DNA from: Naegleria gruberi
Taxonomy: Eukaryota
Assembly (NCBI GenBank): GCA_000004985.1
Contig: GG738855.1
Reading direction: 5' to 3' (one strand)
DNA length: 64,000 nucleotides
The position numbers were made by a program, and so were the translations under genes. The notes beneath the pieces were generated by a model, which was not told the origin of the DNA, searched no databases, and saw only the letters and a list, made by a program, of their open reading frames with translations. Positions 10,399 to 22,182 of the stretch are shown here, in pieces. Every line of letters starts with the position of its first letter. The stretch's first letter is position 1.

Positions 10399-12093
10399 TT
10401 ATTTACGATTGATAAATTTTTGAATTGGAATTGCACCACTATCACTACCTGTTGCGATACATTTAATAAATTCAGTTGGTTCCAACATTGTAATATCACA
10501 AAAGTATTTAAATCTATTTGCAACATATTGAGCTTCCTTATATCCCATAAATTGAGTGAGATAGTCAACTTGTTGATCGTCCTCTTGGTAGCTTTGTTCC
10601 AATTTCTTCAAAAATGACTGGACAAGTAGTGAATTAATAAAGTGTGCTTCCTCAAAAAGTGTTGGGAACGCCTTAGAAAAGGTATAGCCCTTCTTCCATA
10701 CTGCATTTCTCTTTTGATTACTCGAGTAAATGTCCATATAATATTGATCATAATCCAAAATTAGATATTTCTCACTGTAGTACAAGGTTCTGAATCCTAC
10801 ATTATTGGAAAATACTGGCGAAACTGACAATCCAACCATGGCAAAATTATTCTTGGTGTTACCCAAATCATTAACCTTATTGGGTTGTTGGTTTCTGAAT
10901 AATCTGAATTGATCCTTATGCAAGTGACCGTACAGAATGGTGGTAATCATTTCACTATATTTTGACACAAGTGCCAAGAATTGAGATTCATACATTGGCT
11001 TCCACAATGATTTGTTATCAAATGAATTTTGACTTGCTGGAATATGGGTTACAATGTAAACAGTTACATCTCTAATTGAGAGTTCACTTCTTGCCTTTAA
11101 CAATTCCATTTCCATCCAGGCAAGTTGTCCTGATGGATCACTTGGTGGCTCAGCTCCATTTGTCATATTTGGATATCTATTCGCAGAGTATAAAAGTGAA
11201 TTTAAAACAAGAATAACCAACTTGGATTCTCTTCCCTGAGAAGTCTTGACAATTTCATACTTGTAATATCCACCCTTCAAGAAGGTATTTCTTTGATAGT
11301 CCTCAGTGAGTCCAAACATTTTTCCCCATCCAACAGGTCCAGTCCACAAACTTTGATACCAAGTCAAAGCTTCATTTCCATGATCAGGATCTTCAATATA
11401 TGGCAAATAATAATCAGGATACAAATCATTATTTCCAATGCATGGCAATATTGGCAAATCATAAACATTTAACTGTTTTGCCAAGGTAGATTGCAACATT
11501 TTCGTCACATCCAATGTATTTTGCAAAACAAATGATCCATTAGGCAAGTGATGAGCATTGTAATCTCCATTCATGACAATAAAATCTGGTAAAATTCCAT
11601 TATGCTCCCTAATAACTTGTGCAATTTGTGAAAATGTGCTTTCCACAAGTGTCTTTGGAGCATCACATCCATATCTTCCGTACATTGCATAATCAGTAAA
11701 ATTCGTATCAATTCCCTCGAAAGAAGGTGAACTAGAATTACGAATCAAAATTTTTCTCTTTTCCTCAATAAACAAAAAATCTTGGATTTTTTGTTTGGTA
11801 TTTCTCAAATGATGAAACTCTTGTTGAACACGTTCTGGCTGATTTTCCGTAACTACTTGTTGTGGTTTTCTACAAAAGTATTGATGATTAGGAATGGTTG
11901 GATCATAGAATGGATCATAGTGAATATCAGTCATCCACAAAAAGTAACCAAATGCCGATTGTTCTCCTCCTCGTGATTTTAATGATGAGAATTTATTAAC
12001 TTGTTGTGTTGTTGAACATATTGTTGAAGAAAACAACAAAATGATGAAGAAGGAGAATAAATAATTGGGTGATGATGAAACATGTTGAGACAT
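10399..12093 (-). CDS. Acid-sphingomyelinase-like phosphodiesterase (calcineurin-like metallophosphoesterase), secreted
   Basis: 564-aa ORF with an N-terminal signal peptide. It carries WMTDIHYDPFY, GDYNAHH and GHLHKDQF metallophosphoesterase motifs in the order typical of SMPD1/ASM-like enzymes. Confidence 0.8.
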   Translation of the reverse strand: MSQHVSSSPNYLFSFFIILLFSSTICSTTQQVNKFSSLKSRGGEQSAFGYFLWMTDIHYDPFYDPTIPNHQYFCRKPQQVVTENQPERVQQEFHHLRNTKQKIQDFLFIEEKRKILIRNSSSPSFEGIDTNFTDYAMYGRYGCDAPKTLVESTFSQIAQVIREHNGILPDFIVMNGDYNAHHLPNGSFVLQNTLDVTKMLQSTLAKQLNVYDLPILPCIGNNDLYPDYYLPYIEDPDHGNEALTWYQSLWTGPVGWGKMFGLTEDYQRNTFLKGGYYKYEIVKTSQGRESKLVILVLNSLLYSANRYPNMTNGAEPPSDPSGQLAWMEMELLKARSELSIRDVTVYIVTHIPASQNSFDNKSLWKPMYESQFLALVSKYSEMITTILYGHLHKDQFRLFRNQQPNKVNDLGNTKNNFAMVGLSVSPVFSNNVGFRTLYYSEKYLILDYDQYYMDIYSSNQKRNAVWKKGYTFSKAFPTLFEEAHFINSLLVQSFLKKLEQSYQEDDQQVDYLTQFMGYKEAQYVANRFKYFCDITMLEPTEFIKCIATGSDSGAIPIQKFINRK

Positions 12094-12522
12094 TTTTTAA
12101 TAATTTAAAATTTTCAAATAACTATTTTGAAAATCTACCAATATTTTCACATGGTGCATGTGCTGAGAATGTTAATATTGCTGATATTTGAATAATTTAA
12201 TTTTATTAAGGAATTTGTAAAATTTTATTAAAAATAATTAAATATTCGTTTTTAAAAGAAAAGGAGAAAATTAAGAAATAAACCCTTAACTCCTTATCTT
12301 ACACAACAAAACAATCAAAATAAACACTATTAATATTGATAATACTAATAATATATCCAGATGAAAAAGAAGAACTTTTAATATCCATTTTTGAACCTTT
12401 CCAATCTTTATGAACAAAAACAGGCTCCAAAATAAATTTTTAGAAAACTAGTCGCACAAAATGCCGACCTTAAAATATCCAAATAAGCGCAGTAAATTTG
12501 TATAAAATAAAATCATAAAAAA

Positions 12523-13896
12523 ATGCAACAACTTAATACTAATTTATCATCTGCTACCACTGGTCAAGAGCAACCACATACTCCAAAGACACCAAAAACA
12601 CCAGGTTCTTTCCCTGTTGTTGCTGCCACTGGTAAATCAAGTCAAGATGAAGCAGTTCCAATCTTTTGTAGACAATACAAGATTATTTGTAAGAATTCTA
12701 TCGGAAAGGTTGTTTTGAGAGAATTCGATTCTATTGAATGTGATGGTACTGTTGTTATTGAAGGTTTGTATTTTAAAATTTGTTAAGCTTAACACAATCT
12801 TGTTAGGTTTCCCATCTGAAGAAGGAATGACTGCTATCATGACTGCCAATTATATTATTAAACAATTACAGCTTCCATTGGTTGGTGATATTGTTTCTCC
12901 ATACTTTACTCCTCTTGGTGTTGTCAGAGATGGTTTGGTATGTTTAATACAATTAATTGCTAATTATCTAACATTTATTTTAATGATTGGACTTTATTGT
13001 GTGTTGTATAACATTTAATTGTTATTGTATTAATCATCAATATTAAATTGATGTAAAATTTTACTATCCTACCATTCACCATGTGTTGAACAAAATAATA
13101 ATCAACATGATGACAAATATTATAACACAATGTTCTTGTTAAATTTAATTATTTAAAGCCTTCTCATGGTATTAGAATTTATGGTAACAAGAAGATTGTT
13201 GTTTTCGTTTCTGAATATGAAATCAAGGATCCAGAAATTCAAAATGATGTCATTGATGCTGTTTATGATTTCTGTCAAAGACACAGATCCAAGTGTTTAA
13301 TTTCTGTTGATGGTTTGGACATGGACCCAACTGTTAAGAAACAACCTTCCGATGATATCAAGATTGGTATTCAAGCTGCTGGAGGTGCTGGTGAAGAAGG
13401 TGATGATGAAGAAGGAGAAGATGAAGAAGGTGATGAAATGATGAGCTTTGAAGATGAAGATGCTCCAAAGACCACAGAAGAACTTCTTAAACTTTTGGAA
13501 CAAGAAGATTACAAGGAAAAGGTTTGGTATGTTACCAACAATGAACATTATGCCAAGAAATTGCAAGAAATGAACGCTACTGTCGCAATTGAAGTTGCTT
13601 GTACAGGTATCAGTGGTGGTATTCTTGCTGAAGCTCCATTTAGAGGTGTTCCAGTTTTGAGCTTGTTCGCTCCACTCAATCGTTTCCTCAAGATTGGTAC
13701 CAGAGCTAGTATTGCTCTCATTCATGCTCTTAACAAACTCATCAGTGAAGATCAAACAAGTATTCTCATTGATACTTCTGAATTGGATAAGACTGCTAAG
13801 GAATTGGAATCTAAGTTAAAGGATGTTTTGGGTAAGATGGGTGCTACTGGTGATGAAAAGGTCCCAGGTTCTGCATTCCACTCAATGTATATGTAA
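12523..13896 (+). CDS. Possible PAC2-family (proteasome assembly chaperone 2-like) protein, 3 exons with an acidic insert
   Basis: The exon ORFs are 12523-12786, ~12790-12950 and ~13160-13896. The reading frame across them reads …TVVIEGL|FPSEEGMTAIMTANYIIKQLQLPLVGDIVSPYFTPLGVVRDGL|KPSHGIRIYGNKKIVVFVSEYEI…. This resembles the PAC2 N-terminal pattern. A poly-Glu/Asp tract follows. The assignment is tentative. Confidence 0.4.
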
Positions 13897-14272
13897 ATTT
13901 AATTGTAAAAATTGTAATTATAATTTTAAGGGAATTGTTTTTAATTCGATTGATAATCATTCAATTGAGCTCATTTTACTGTTGAATTGTTTCCATCAAC
14001 ATTTGATATTTGCAAATGTGAATATCGTCATTGGAAAGGTGTGAAAACAACAATGTGATTCTCAAAATCCCTTATGTCCAAAAGCAGACCTATCCAATTT
14101 TGCCAATTGTGATTTCTTTTGACCGAAATAAGACTCGAGTATCTAGTTTAGTTTAGGTTCTCTTCAACAATTTCAAAAAAAAAAAATATGACACCACTTA
14201 CTAGAGAAGACTTTTCAACCTTCACAACCGATCAAGTGTGAATTTTTCAAACAACACAAGTGTCCAGACAGA

Positions 14273-15094
14273 GTGTTGAATTGTAAGTTTTCAATTTATT
14301 TGACGACTCTTAATTTCTTTCTTTTTATTATTTATTTTGTTAATTTCTATTCGAAAGTATTGCGTGAGAAAGATTATAATGGAGTTAAAGTTCTCTCCTC
14401 CACAAAGGACGACTATTTGAAGGAGGGAATTTCACAGGCCTCTTGTGTGCTATTGGTGAGGGAATTGGAAAAGGTTCTCAATCCAACTATTAACAATTCA
14501 GTTTCTACACAACCTGCATTGGAAACATCGGCAGAAACTAAAAAGTTATTAGAAAAAGGAATGAAATGTATGGAAAATAATGATCTCCAAGGATGTTTTA
14601 ATGCCTTCTTTGATGCCTCACAGAATTTGGATGATCCAACCATAATTACTGAATATTTTGACAAGCTATATAAGGCAGGATTCACAGATGAAAAATCGTA
14701 TGCACTCCTCATGGAGTATTTTCTGATTCAGGCTGAAACTGGGGATGCATTCTCATCTAATATGATTGGACAACTTCATTGTGGATATTGTGGACATGCA
14801 AAGGAAAGTAAAAAGGCCTTATTATGGTTTGAAAAGGCAGCTAAACAAGGAGAAGTTTCTGCTCAATTCAATTTAGCTAAATTATATTTGGATGGAGATG
14901 GTGAGCATGTACCAATCGATTATTCAAATGCTCTGAAATGGTTCAGAAGAGCAGGTTTAGAAAATTCACATCCAGACTCACTTTACTACCTCTGCACAAT
15001 GTATGAAAAAGGTTTAGGTGTGAGTGCAGATTTGAATTTAGCAGAGGAATATTTTGAAAGAGCTAAAGCTTTGGGTTCAATACTTACTCAATAA
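14273..15094 (+). CDS. Sel1-like (TPR-like) repeat protein; the first exon probably lies upstream
   Basis: Sel1 repeats are present (…AQFNLAKLYLDGDGEHVPIDYSNALKWFRRAG…SLYYLCTMYEKGLGVSADLNLAEEYFERA…). The first ~28 codons of the listed ORF look like intron sequence (a gtaagt donor at ~14278 and a cgaaag acceptor at ~14355). Confidence 0.6.
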   Translation: MLNCKFSIYLTTLNFFLFIIYFVNFYSKVLREKDYNGVKVLSSTKDDYLKEGISQASCVLLVRELEKVLNPTINNSVSTQPALETSAETKKLLEKGMKCMENNDLQGCFNAFFDASQNLDDPTIITEYFDKLYKAGFTDEKSYALLMEYFLIQAETGDAFSSNMIGQLHCGYCGHAKESKKALLWFEKAAKQGEVSAQFNLAKLYLDGDGEHVPIDYSNALKWFRRAGLENSHPDSLYYLCTMYEKGLGVSADLNLAEEYFERAKALGSILTQ

Positions 15095-15248
15095 TTAGAG
15101 TAAATCAGTGTAATTTATTTTCAAACATTTTTGAATACCATTATGAACACAATATTCAACCTGGGGACCAACCCAGCAAAACTCTTCCTTTATGATGATT
15201 TCAAATCTAGACATGTTTAGAGAAAATCCAAAACATCCTACTTATAAT

Positions 15249-16734
15249 TTACATGATAGTACAACAACCCTTTTTACCTCCACCTTCACAGTTGGCAAGC
15301 TTCTTTTCTAATTCCTCAATTCTAGCCTTCAGCTTCTTTTCGTTTTCTAAAAGCTCAGCAATCTTTTCTAACCTTGGATCTCCTCTAGAAACTCTGAGTT
15401 TGTTCTTAATTTGCTTGGCTCTATCAGAAAAGTAGAGAGTGCTCAAGGTCTCTTCACTATTTACATCTGCTGAAGAAACACATGATATCATTACACAAAA
15501 TGCATTACCTCCAATGGAATCTTTCAATAACCGAGTCAGGATTGAATTTCTGTATGGTACAAAGTTTGTTTTCTTCACAAGGGCATTAATGACATTACCC
15601 AAGTTGGATAAACTGAGATTGATATTTGCTCCTTCCTTCAACCGGTCTCCTGTAGCTTCTGTTGATGAGGCTCTTTCACTACCAGCAAGATCGACCAGTG
15701 AAATCTTGTTGGATCTCAAACTGAGACCATCTTCATCACCTTTATCAACTTGATCCATGTAAATTGTCAGAACAGCGTGAGATCTTGAGGAGAATTGATT
15801 CATTTTGGTTTCGCCAACAGTTCTCCTACTAGCTCCTTCATCCAACAACTCGTTCAATTCCTCTTCACTTCCGATTGGCCTTTCAATGAGATTTGTAACA
15901 ATAATTCCCTTCACCTTATCTTCTCTAACATCATATTTTAACTTTTCAGTTCTATTGTGGAGAAGATCGTGAATATTTTCATTATAAATTTCAATATATG
16001 AAGCCTTAATGGTAATATCCGTTTTCTTTTGTTCCTTTCTCACATATTCAAAGAGCTCTCTCACAAAACGAGTCATTATTCCTTGTTGTTGTTGATCTCC
16101 TTTCACACCTTCCATTGTGTAGGTTTTTCCACTTGATGTTTGACCGTATGCAAAGATACAAGCCTGAATTCAAATACAACCTTAATGAAAAGATTAGTCT
16201 TTAAAAACATACATTATATCCCAATATAAATCTCTCCAAACACATTGCTCCTGTAGCTTTATAAATTTCAGTTTGAGCAGAAGTTTCATCAAAAACTCCA
16301 TCAAAGAAAAATTCCTTATCTTCCTTATCCTTTCTCACCAGTTTGATTTTTCCTTCCGATTTGCCTATCGATAAGCAAGAACTACTCTTGAGAGATAATT
16401 CTCTCTGATTCAATGGTCTTGATCTCACCACAACTTTAATATTAGTCTCGTCAACTGCTGACACCATCGTATTGATAGCTTCTAAAGCAACTTGTTGTGA
16501 CTTTTCTTCCTCCTTCCTAGGCGAAACAATAATGGTTGTGGTACCAGCACTCAATTTTGAATTATCCTTCTTTTCATTATTTGTTGATGAAATTGCCGAT
16601 CCAGGAGCACTTCCTGCCTTCTTCTTCTCTACTGCAGTGGTTGTAGCAGTAGCAGTGGAGGGACTCTTTGCTGCTTTAGGATTTTTGTTATTAGTATTAG
16701 CAGCAGGCGCATTTGTTCCTTTTGATGCAACCAT
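15249..16734 (-). CDS. Kinesin motor protein (2 exons; intron ~16164-16212)
   Basis: Exon 1 (16213-16734) reads …IKVVVRSRPLNQRE…FFFDGVFDETSAQTEIYKATGAMCLERFILGYN. A gtatgt…gaattcag intron follows. Exon 2 reads ACIFAYGQTSSGKTYTMEG…LVDLAGSERAS…NINLSLSNLGNVINAL… followed by a short coiled coil. These are canonical P-loop, switch and neck motifs. Confidence 0.9.
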
Positions 16735-17167
16735 TTTTTTTAAAGAATTTTTTGAGGTCAGTTAAGGTCGGTTGAGGTGGTTATTGTTTGGCGTAGGTGT
16801 TTTTGGAAAAATTTAAAGTTCCTTAAAGATATGTGAAGAATAGGAGAATTGGAAGGAAATTTGAAATACATATATGAATGGGCCAAACCTCTTATAGTTG
16901 ATTAAGAATAAGTATTCATTGCATGATATCAAATGTAATGTTGAACATTCAACTCAGATACTCTCAATTAATGTCATTTCTCCAAATCCAAGTATCACTG
17001 TGAAACCAGTAGCCCATTTTACAATAAATTCAATATTGAAATTAATCTTACAACAGTAACATGAAAATCAATGAGCGCGCGATACTACATTTGCGGTGGT
17101 TGTTTCAATCAAAACACAGATTTTTTCTTGAATTTTTAAAAAATACAAAAAAATCAATTTCATCATC

Positions 17168-19213
17168 ATGCACAACAATAAAACATTTGCCTGTTGTTGT
17201 GCAACTCTCTTGGTGGTGCTATTGAGCATTTTGATGATCTCATCGAGGGATGCTCTCGTATTTGGAAAGTTTATCATCAACAACAAAAAAGTAATGCCAA
17301 CCATTACTTTTGAAGAGTTGAAAAAGTTATTGCCAAAGGAAGATTTGAGCAAGTTGAAGGCCGAAGCCTTGATTAATACAGTATCTATTTATTGTTCATC
17401 ATCAGCATCATCAACAAGTAAATATTATTTGAAGGAAACATCGACATCATTTACCTATACATTTGGTAATTATGATTTTGATAAAGCCATCGCTGTTGGT
17501 ATTCTCTATGATGGTTATTCACCAGTTTTGAATAATCAAACTGATGCTGTTGATGGTTGGATGCGTTTGTGGGTCTCTACCTTCACCAATGTTAATAGAG
17601 AATCAAGTGGTGTTGATGCTTGTTATAAATCGGAAATTAACAGACAATATGCTGCTGGTATGGTTGAAGGTTTATTGACACAACCACAAATTTACAACTT
17701 TTTCCAAAATCAATATAGTAATTGGAAGTTTGCAAAGAATAATGTGGATTTGAAGGCCAAGTTTGGTGACAATAATGAATGGGTCAAGTCACACGAAAGA
17801 TTCAGGTCATCTCAACAACAAGGAAGAAATAGTTCTAATTATTATTTCCCATCTGCATTGGTTGCCTACATGCAAGACAATTACAATTGGTTGAATCAAC
17901 AAGTTGCTTCCAATCCAACATCTAATTATTGGAAACAAGTTGGTGGAACTTTGACTCAATTCAATGGTCTTGTTCAAGGTTATACTATTCGTGCCGAACA
18001 AGAAAAGAATGAAGTTTATGGAAGTTTGAATTGGTTGGATTTATACTTTTTACAAGCTGCAGGTGATATGGAAACTTTGGAAACAGCTATTAAGGATCCA
18101 TCAACCACTACCAGATCCAGAAATAATAATAATAATAATGGAATTGTTCTCCCAGATGAAGAAACCATGACTGATTGTAGTGCTCTCATTAAGATTACAC
18201 CAGATTGCCTTAACCTTTTCGCAGGACATACAACATGGAGAGGATACAACATTATCAACAAGATGTACAAGGTCTATAGTTTATTGTTGAACAATGTTGC
18301 CTCAAAGACTGTATCATTTGCTTCATCTCCAAGCTTTTTGAGTAGTAAGGATGATTTCTATGTCACTGAAAATGGTCTCGTCACTATGGAAACAACCAAT
18401 GATGTTTTCAATGAAACCCTCTTCCAATATATTACACCAAAGAGTGTCTTGTGTTGGGTTCGTTCCATTGTTGCCAACAGACTTGCTACAACCTCTAAGG
18501 AATGGGTCTACTATTTTGGACTCTACAATTCTGGTACTTATAACAATCAATGGATGGCTTTGGATTACAAGAACTTTAAACCTGGAGTATGTCATTTGCC
18601 AAAGGATTCTTTCTGGATTTTGGAACAAATTCCTGGATCCGTCATGACTAGAGATGTTACTGATGTTTTGAATAAGCAATCCTTCTGGAGCTCTTTTAAT
18701 ATTCCTTATTTTGAACATATTTATAACATTTCAGGATATCAACAAGCCAAGCAAAAGTTTGGTAATGATTATGATTATAATTTGTGTTCTAGAGCTCTCA
18801 TTTTCAAGAGAGAACAAGCCAAGATTGGAGCTGATAGATCTAAACCAGTTGATTATAAGGATTTCGGTAGAGTTTTACAATTCAATGAATGGAAGACTGA
18901 TCCATACAGTTTAGGCGATCCTAGCAAAGCTGTCTCATCTAGATATGATTTGAGAGATCTAAGATTCGCTGCCTTTGGTGGTATTGATACTAAGGTTACT
19001 GACTATGTCAAGAATTTGAAACACACTTCCATGTGGGGTATTTGTGGTCCTACCCATCAAGACGAATCTCAAACTCCACCATTCACTTGGACTGATAAAT
19101 TCAAGGCCACCCATTTGGGCCAACCTCAAACTTATAATTTCGATTGGGTTGATTTGGAAGATGTTGACTCCTTCTATTCCTCTCTTTCACAAAAATCTAA
19201 AAGAAGAAATTAA
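17168..19213 (+). CDS. Phospholipase B-like (LAMA/PLBD family) protein, secreted
   Basis: 681-aa ORF with an N-terminal hydrophobic leader. Its overall composition and motifs are typical of dictyostelid PLB-like proteins (…CSALIKITPD…LFAGHTTW…). Confidence 0.75.
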   Translation: MHNNKTFACCCATLLVVLLSILMISSRDALVFGKFIINNKKVMPTITFEELKKLLPKEDLSKLKAEALINTVSIYCSSSASSTSKYYLKETSTSFTYTFGNYDFDKAIAVGILYDGYSPVLNNQTDAVDGWMRLWVSTFTNVNRESSGVDACYKSEINRQYAAGMVEGLLTQPQIYNFFQNQYSNWKFAKNNVDLKAKFGDNNEWVKSHERFRSSQQQGRNSSNYYFPSALVAYMQDNYNWLNQQVASNPTSNYWKQVGGTLTQFNGLVQGYTIRAEQEKNEVYGSLNWLDLYFLQAAGDMETLETAIKDPSTTTRSRNNNNNNGIVLPDEETMTDCSALIKITPDCLNLFAGHTTWRGYNIINKMYKVYSLLLNNVASKTVSFASSPSFLSSKDDFYVTENGLVTMETTNDVFNETLFQYITPKSVLCWVRSIVANRLATTSKEWVYYFGLYNSGTYNNQWMALDYKNFKPGVCHLPKDSFWILEQIPGSVMTRDVTDVLNKQSFWSSFNIPYFEHIYNISGYQQAKQKFGNDYDYNLCSRALIFKREQAKIGADRSKPVDYKDFGRVLQFNEWKTDPYSLGDPSKAVSSRYDLRDLRFAAFGGIDTKVTDYVKNLKHTSMWGICGPTHQDESQTPPFTWTDKFKATHLGQPQTYNFDWVDLEDVDSFYSSLSQKSKRRN

Positions 19214-19410
19214 ACTGCCAAAAATCAATAAATATTTATTGAACCTGTACAGATTTTCTCTTGATTTTCACCTTCTCCAACTCATTGAACCAACACTTTC
19301 ACTTTTTCACACCCACTCAACCAATTCATTTCAACACACACAATGTTAACTATTTAACTCGACGCTAAAAAGAATCACACATTGAAAAATATCTTTGAAA
19401 TTAAAAAAAA

Positions 19411-20619
19411 ATGCCAAACACGCGCCACCATCACGTAATTTCCAAATATTTATTTACTCACTTTGAACGGAGAGATCTTTCGTTATTGATGAATGGTTAT
19501 GTAAATTATCAACAAGATGATCAGATAAATACTCTTCCGTATGTAGCATCCATTCCGATTGATATATCGGAAGATGAAGGGTTGATGGGAGGTAAAATTG
19601 GTACATTGGTTGGATTATTTATTTTGAGTGTTGTATTTGGTATATTGCCATATATTGTTCATCATTTATCTCAATTGGAAAGATTGAAAAAGTTAAAGAA
19701 GGCACTTCATATTGTTCAACTTATTTTCGGATATTGTAATGCTATTGCTGCTGGTGCAATTTTGGGAAGTGGATTGACTCACTTGTTACCTGATAGTATT
19801 GAATGTTTTAATAATTATTTTGAATTGTATAATCATCAGTTTGATAATTCAACATTGAGTTCAGTAGTTTTTGGTGATTCACCAACTACTAATGGTACAT
19901 TTACTCCAATTTCGGATACAGTTGTTGATTATCCTTGGTCAATGATGATTGCTGGTACTATTAGTTTGTTTTTGGTTGGTTTGGATAGAGTTTTCTCTGA
20001 ACATTCACATGGATCTTCGAATAGTTATGGAGGACATTCTCACTCACATAAAGGAGAGGAAGACCATTTAATTGTAAATTCTGAGGAAAGACATGAAATG
20101 TACAGTGAATTGGAACATGAAGAAAATAAGGAACGTCACAAGTATTCCTTCCTTGTCAAATCATTGCTTTTTACATTTGCTATTTGTGTCCATTCAGTTT
20201 TTGAAGCATTTGCACTTGGGTTGGAGACAAATACTGAATCATTTGTATCCTTGCTAGTTCCTATTGTAGCTCACAAGGGTTTCGAATCATTGACAACAGG
20301 ATTCATTGTATTGAGATATACATTGTGTAAATCATGGTTCCAGGTTCTTATTTTGATACAGGTTGCCATCTATGCATTGAGTACACCTATTGGAATGGGA
20401 ATTGGTATGGCCATCAGCAGTGGCGATTTGTCCTTTTCTTACTATATGATTTCAGGTATTATTCAAAGTATTGCTTGTGGGTCTTTCCTTTTCATTGCTT
20501 GTTTCGAAATTATTCCAACAAGTTTGGAGGAAAATTTTGGATTGTGGGATAGAGCTTTGAAAATGTTCTTGATTTGTTTAGGATTTGGAGTCATGTGTAT
20601 TTTGGCTGCCTTCTCATAA
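19411..20619 (+). CDS. ZIP (Zrt/Irt-like) metal transporter
   Basis: A multi-TM protein with a His-rich cytosolic loop (HGSSNSYGGHSHSHKGEEDH) and a conserved HSVFEAFALG-type motif in the TM core. Confidence 0.8.
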   Translation: MPNTRHHHVISKYLFTHFERRDLSLLMNGYVNYQQDDQINTLPYVASIPIDISEDEGLMGGKIGTLVGLFILSVVFGILPYIVHHLSQLERLKKLKKALHIVQLIFGYCNAIAAGAILGSGLTHLLPDSIECFNNYFELYNHQFDNSTLSSVVFGDSPTTNGTFTPISDTVVDYPWSMMIAGTISLFLVGLDRVFSEHSHGSSNSYGGHSHSHKGEEDHLIVNSEERHEMYSELEHEENKERHKYSFLVKSLLFTFAICVHSVFEAFALGLETNTESFVSLLVPIVAHKGFESLTTGFIVLRYTLCKSWFQVLILIQVAIYALSTPIGMGIGMAISSGDLSFSYYMISGIIQSIACGSFLFIACFEIIPTSLEENFGLWDRALKMFLICLGFGVMCILAAFS

Positions 20620-20675
20620 ATCAATTTATTAGCTTTGAAATCTCGATTACTTGCATCCAAATTTCTAATCAAGCA

Positions 20676-21836
20676 TTATTGTTGTAACTGGTTTCGGATT
20701 GTGTTTGCTTCATAAGAAGAGATAATACTTCTTCCTCTAGTTTTCCTAGTTACTGCTTCCTCTTTTTGTTCGATACTTTGTGCAGAGGTCCTCATAAATT
20801 CATTCATTTCTTCATCGGTTGGCATTGGTTTCGTGTGGTGTTCATCATTCAGCAAGTAACATTTTGTCATTCCCTTTCCTTTCACTTCGATATTCCTCTC
20901 CTCAAAAACAAATCCCAAATCATGAACTCTCTCATAGGTTGATCTGGTTATCTGTATTCTTCCTGAAAGAGATGTTGATTCCATTCGAGAAGCTGTGTTA
21001 ACTGCATCACCCCACAAATCGTAGGCAAACTTTTTGGTTCCAATCACACCAGCCACAACTGACCCAGTATTGATACCAATGAATGTATCACCTCTCTTCA
21101 ATCGTTGGGCAACTGATTCAGGTAAGATATTCTTCAATAGATTTTCAGAGTGTTTCTTCTCGTCTTCCAACAGAGCTGCTGCCTTTTTTTCTGAGGTGAT
21201 ATCCTTTATGGTTAAAATAATTAGAACGCCCTTTCCTGATACCTTAACTGTGAAAAGATTGAGTTTTGTTGGGAATTTTGTTCCATTTTTTCTTAAACAT
21301 TCGGATTCTAATGAATCATGACCTCCACTATCATTTCCTGAAAACTCATTTACGAGGGCACTCACTGATTTTCTGACAGATTCTTTTGTTTTCCCTTCCT
21401 CGAATATGGAATAGAAGGAGGTTCCAAGGATTTCCTGTGTTGCAAGACCAAGCATATTAAGGGCTGGTGTGTTGATTAGTTCCACTTCTCCTTCTGTATT
21501 GATGATTATTGAACCATCAACACTTGAATTAATTACAGAGCATACGCCCGAATAAGATCCTTGTCCTTCATCTGATTGCCTTTCTGATTTTAGACTAAAC
21601 TTATTAGACAATGGATCTGAGAATAGATTGTAGAGTGCTAAATTCTTCAATCTCTCATTGTTTTCGAGAGTTTCAATAGGAATATAATTCAATAGCATCT
21701 TTGTGTAGTAATATTGATTAGAATTCGACCCCATAATTGAGAGAATCAATTTACAAAAAATTAAAGAAATACAAGTACCCAAAATAGTAAATAACAATAC
21801 AGAAACATAACTGGATTTCTGAAGAAACTCTTGCAA
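20676..21836 (-). CDS. C-terminal part of a receptor-type protein: TM, PAS domain and a truncated class III nucleotidyl-cyclase homology domain
   Basis: The PAS-like segment reads …INTEGEVELINTPALNMLGLATQEILGTSFYSIFEEG…. Then …LPESVAQRLKRGDT is joined directly to FIGINTGSVVAGVIGTKKFAYDLWGDAVNTASRMESTSLSGRIQITRSTYERV…FEERNIEVKGKGMTKCYLL. Only the second half of a cyclase catalytic domain is present. Confidence 0.7.
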   Translation of the reverse strand: MQEFLQKSSYVSVLLFTILGTCISLIFCKLILSIMGSNSNQYYYTKMLLNYIPIETLENNERLKNLALYNLFSDPLSNKFSLKSERQSDEGQGSYSGVCSVINSSVDGSIIINTEGEVELINTPALNMLGLATQEILGTSFYSIFEEGKTKESVRKSVSALVNEFSGNDSGGHDSLESECLRKNGTKFPTKLNLFTVKVSGKGVLIILTIKDITSEKKAAALLEDEKKHSENLLKNILPESVAQRLKRGDTFIGINTGSVVAGVIGTKKFAYDLWGDAVNTASRMESTSLSGRIQITRSTYERVHDLGFVFEERNIEVKGKGMTKCYLLNDEHHTKPMPTDEEMNEFMRTSAQSIEQKEEAVTRKTRGRSIISSYEANTIRNQLQQ

Positions 21837-22182
21837 ATTCTTGCATAAATGATGCTAGTTTTAGAGAGAGAGGATATGACCTAGCTTGATTAGTGTAATG
21901 TTCAAAAAACAAGGTACTAATTTCTTGCATTGTAAAGTTGGTTGACTGGTATTTGTAGAATTTCTTAGTTAACTCAGACACTTTGGATGAAGTTGAAACA
22001 AATTCAGACATCATATATTCGACACCAATACAATAACTATAGTAATTTTGCACATTAAATGTAAAATTATTTGCTTGCAAATATTCAGTACAATTATCTG
22101 AAACTCCAAATTTCAATGTCTTGTCCATCGATGGATAGATACCAACAAGAGGTGTATCGTATGCTAAATATTATGGAAATTA

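Noticed and set aside
15253-15753. ORFs 15253-15435 and 15439-15753 on the plus strand
   Set aside because: They are antisense to the kinesin motor exon, which has unambiguous motifs.
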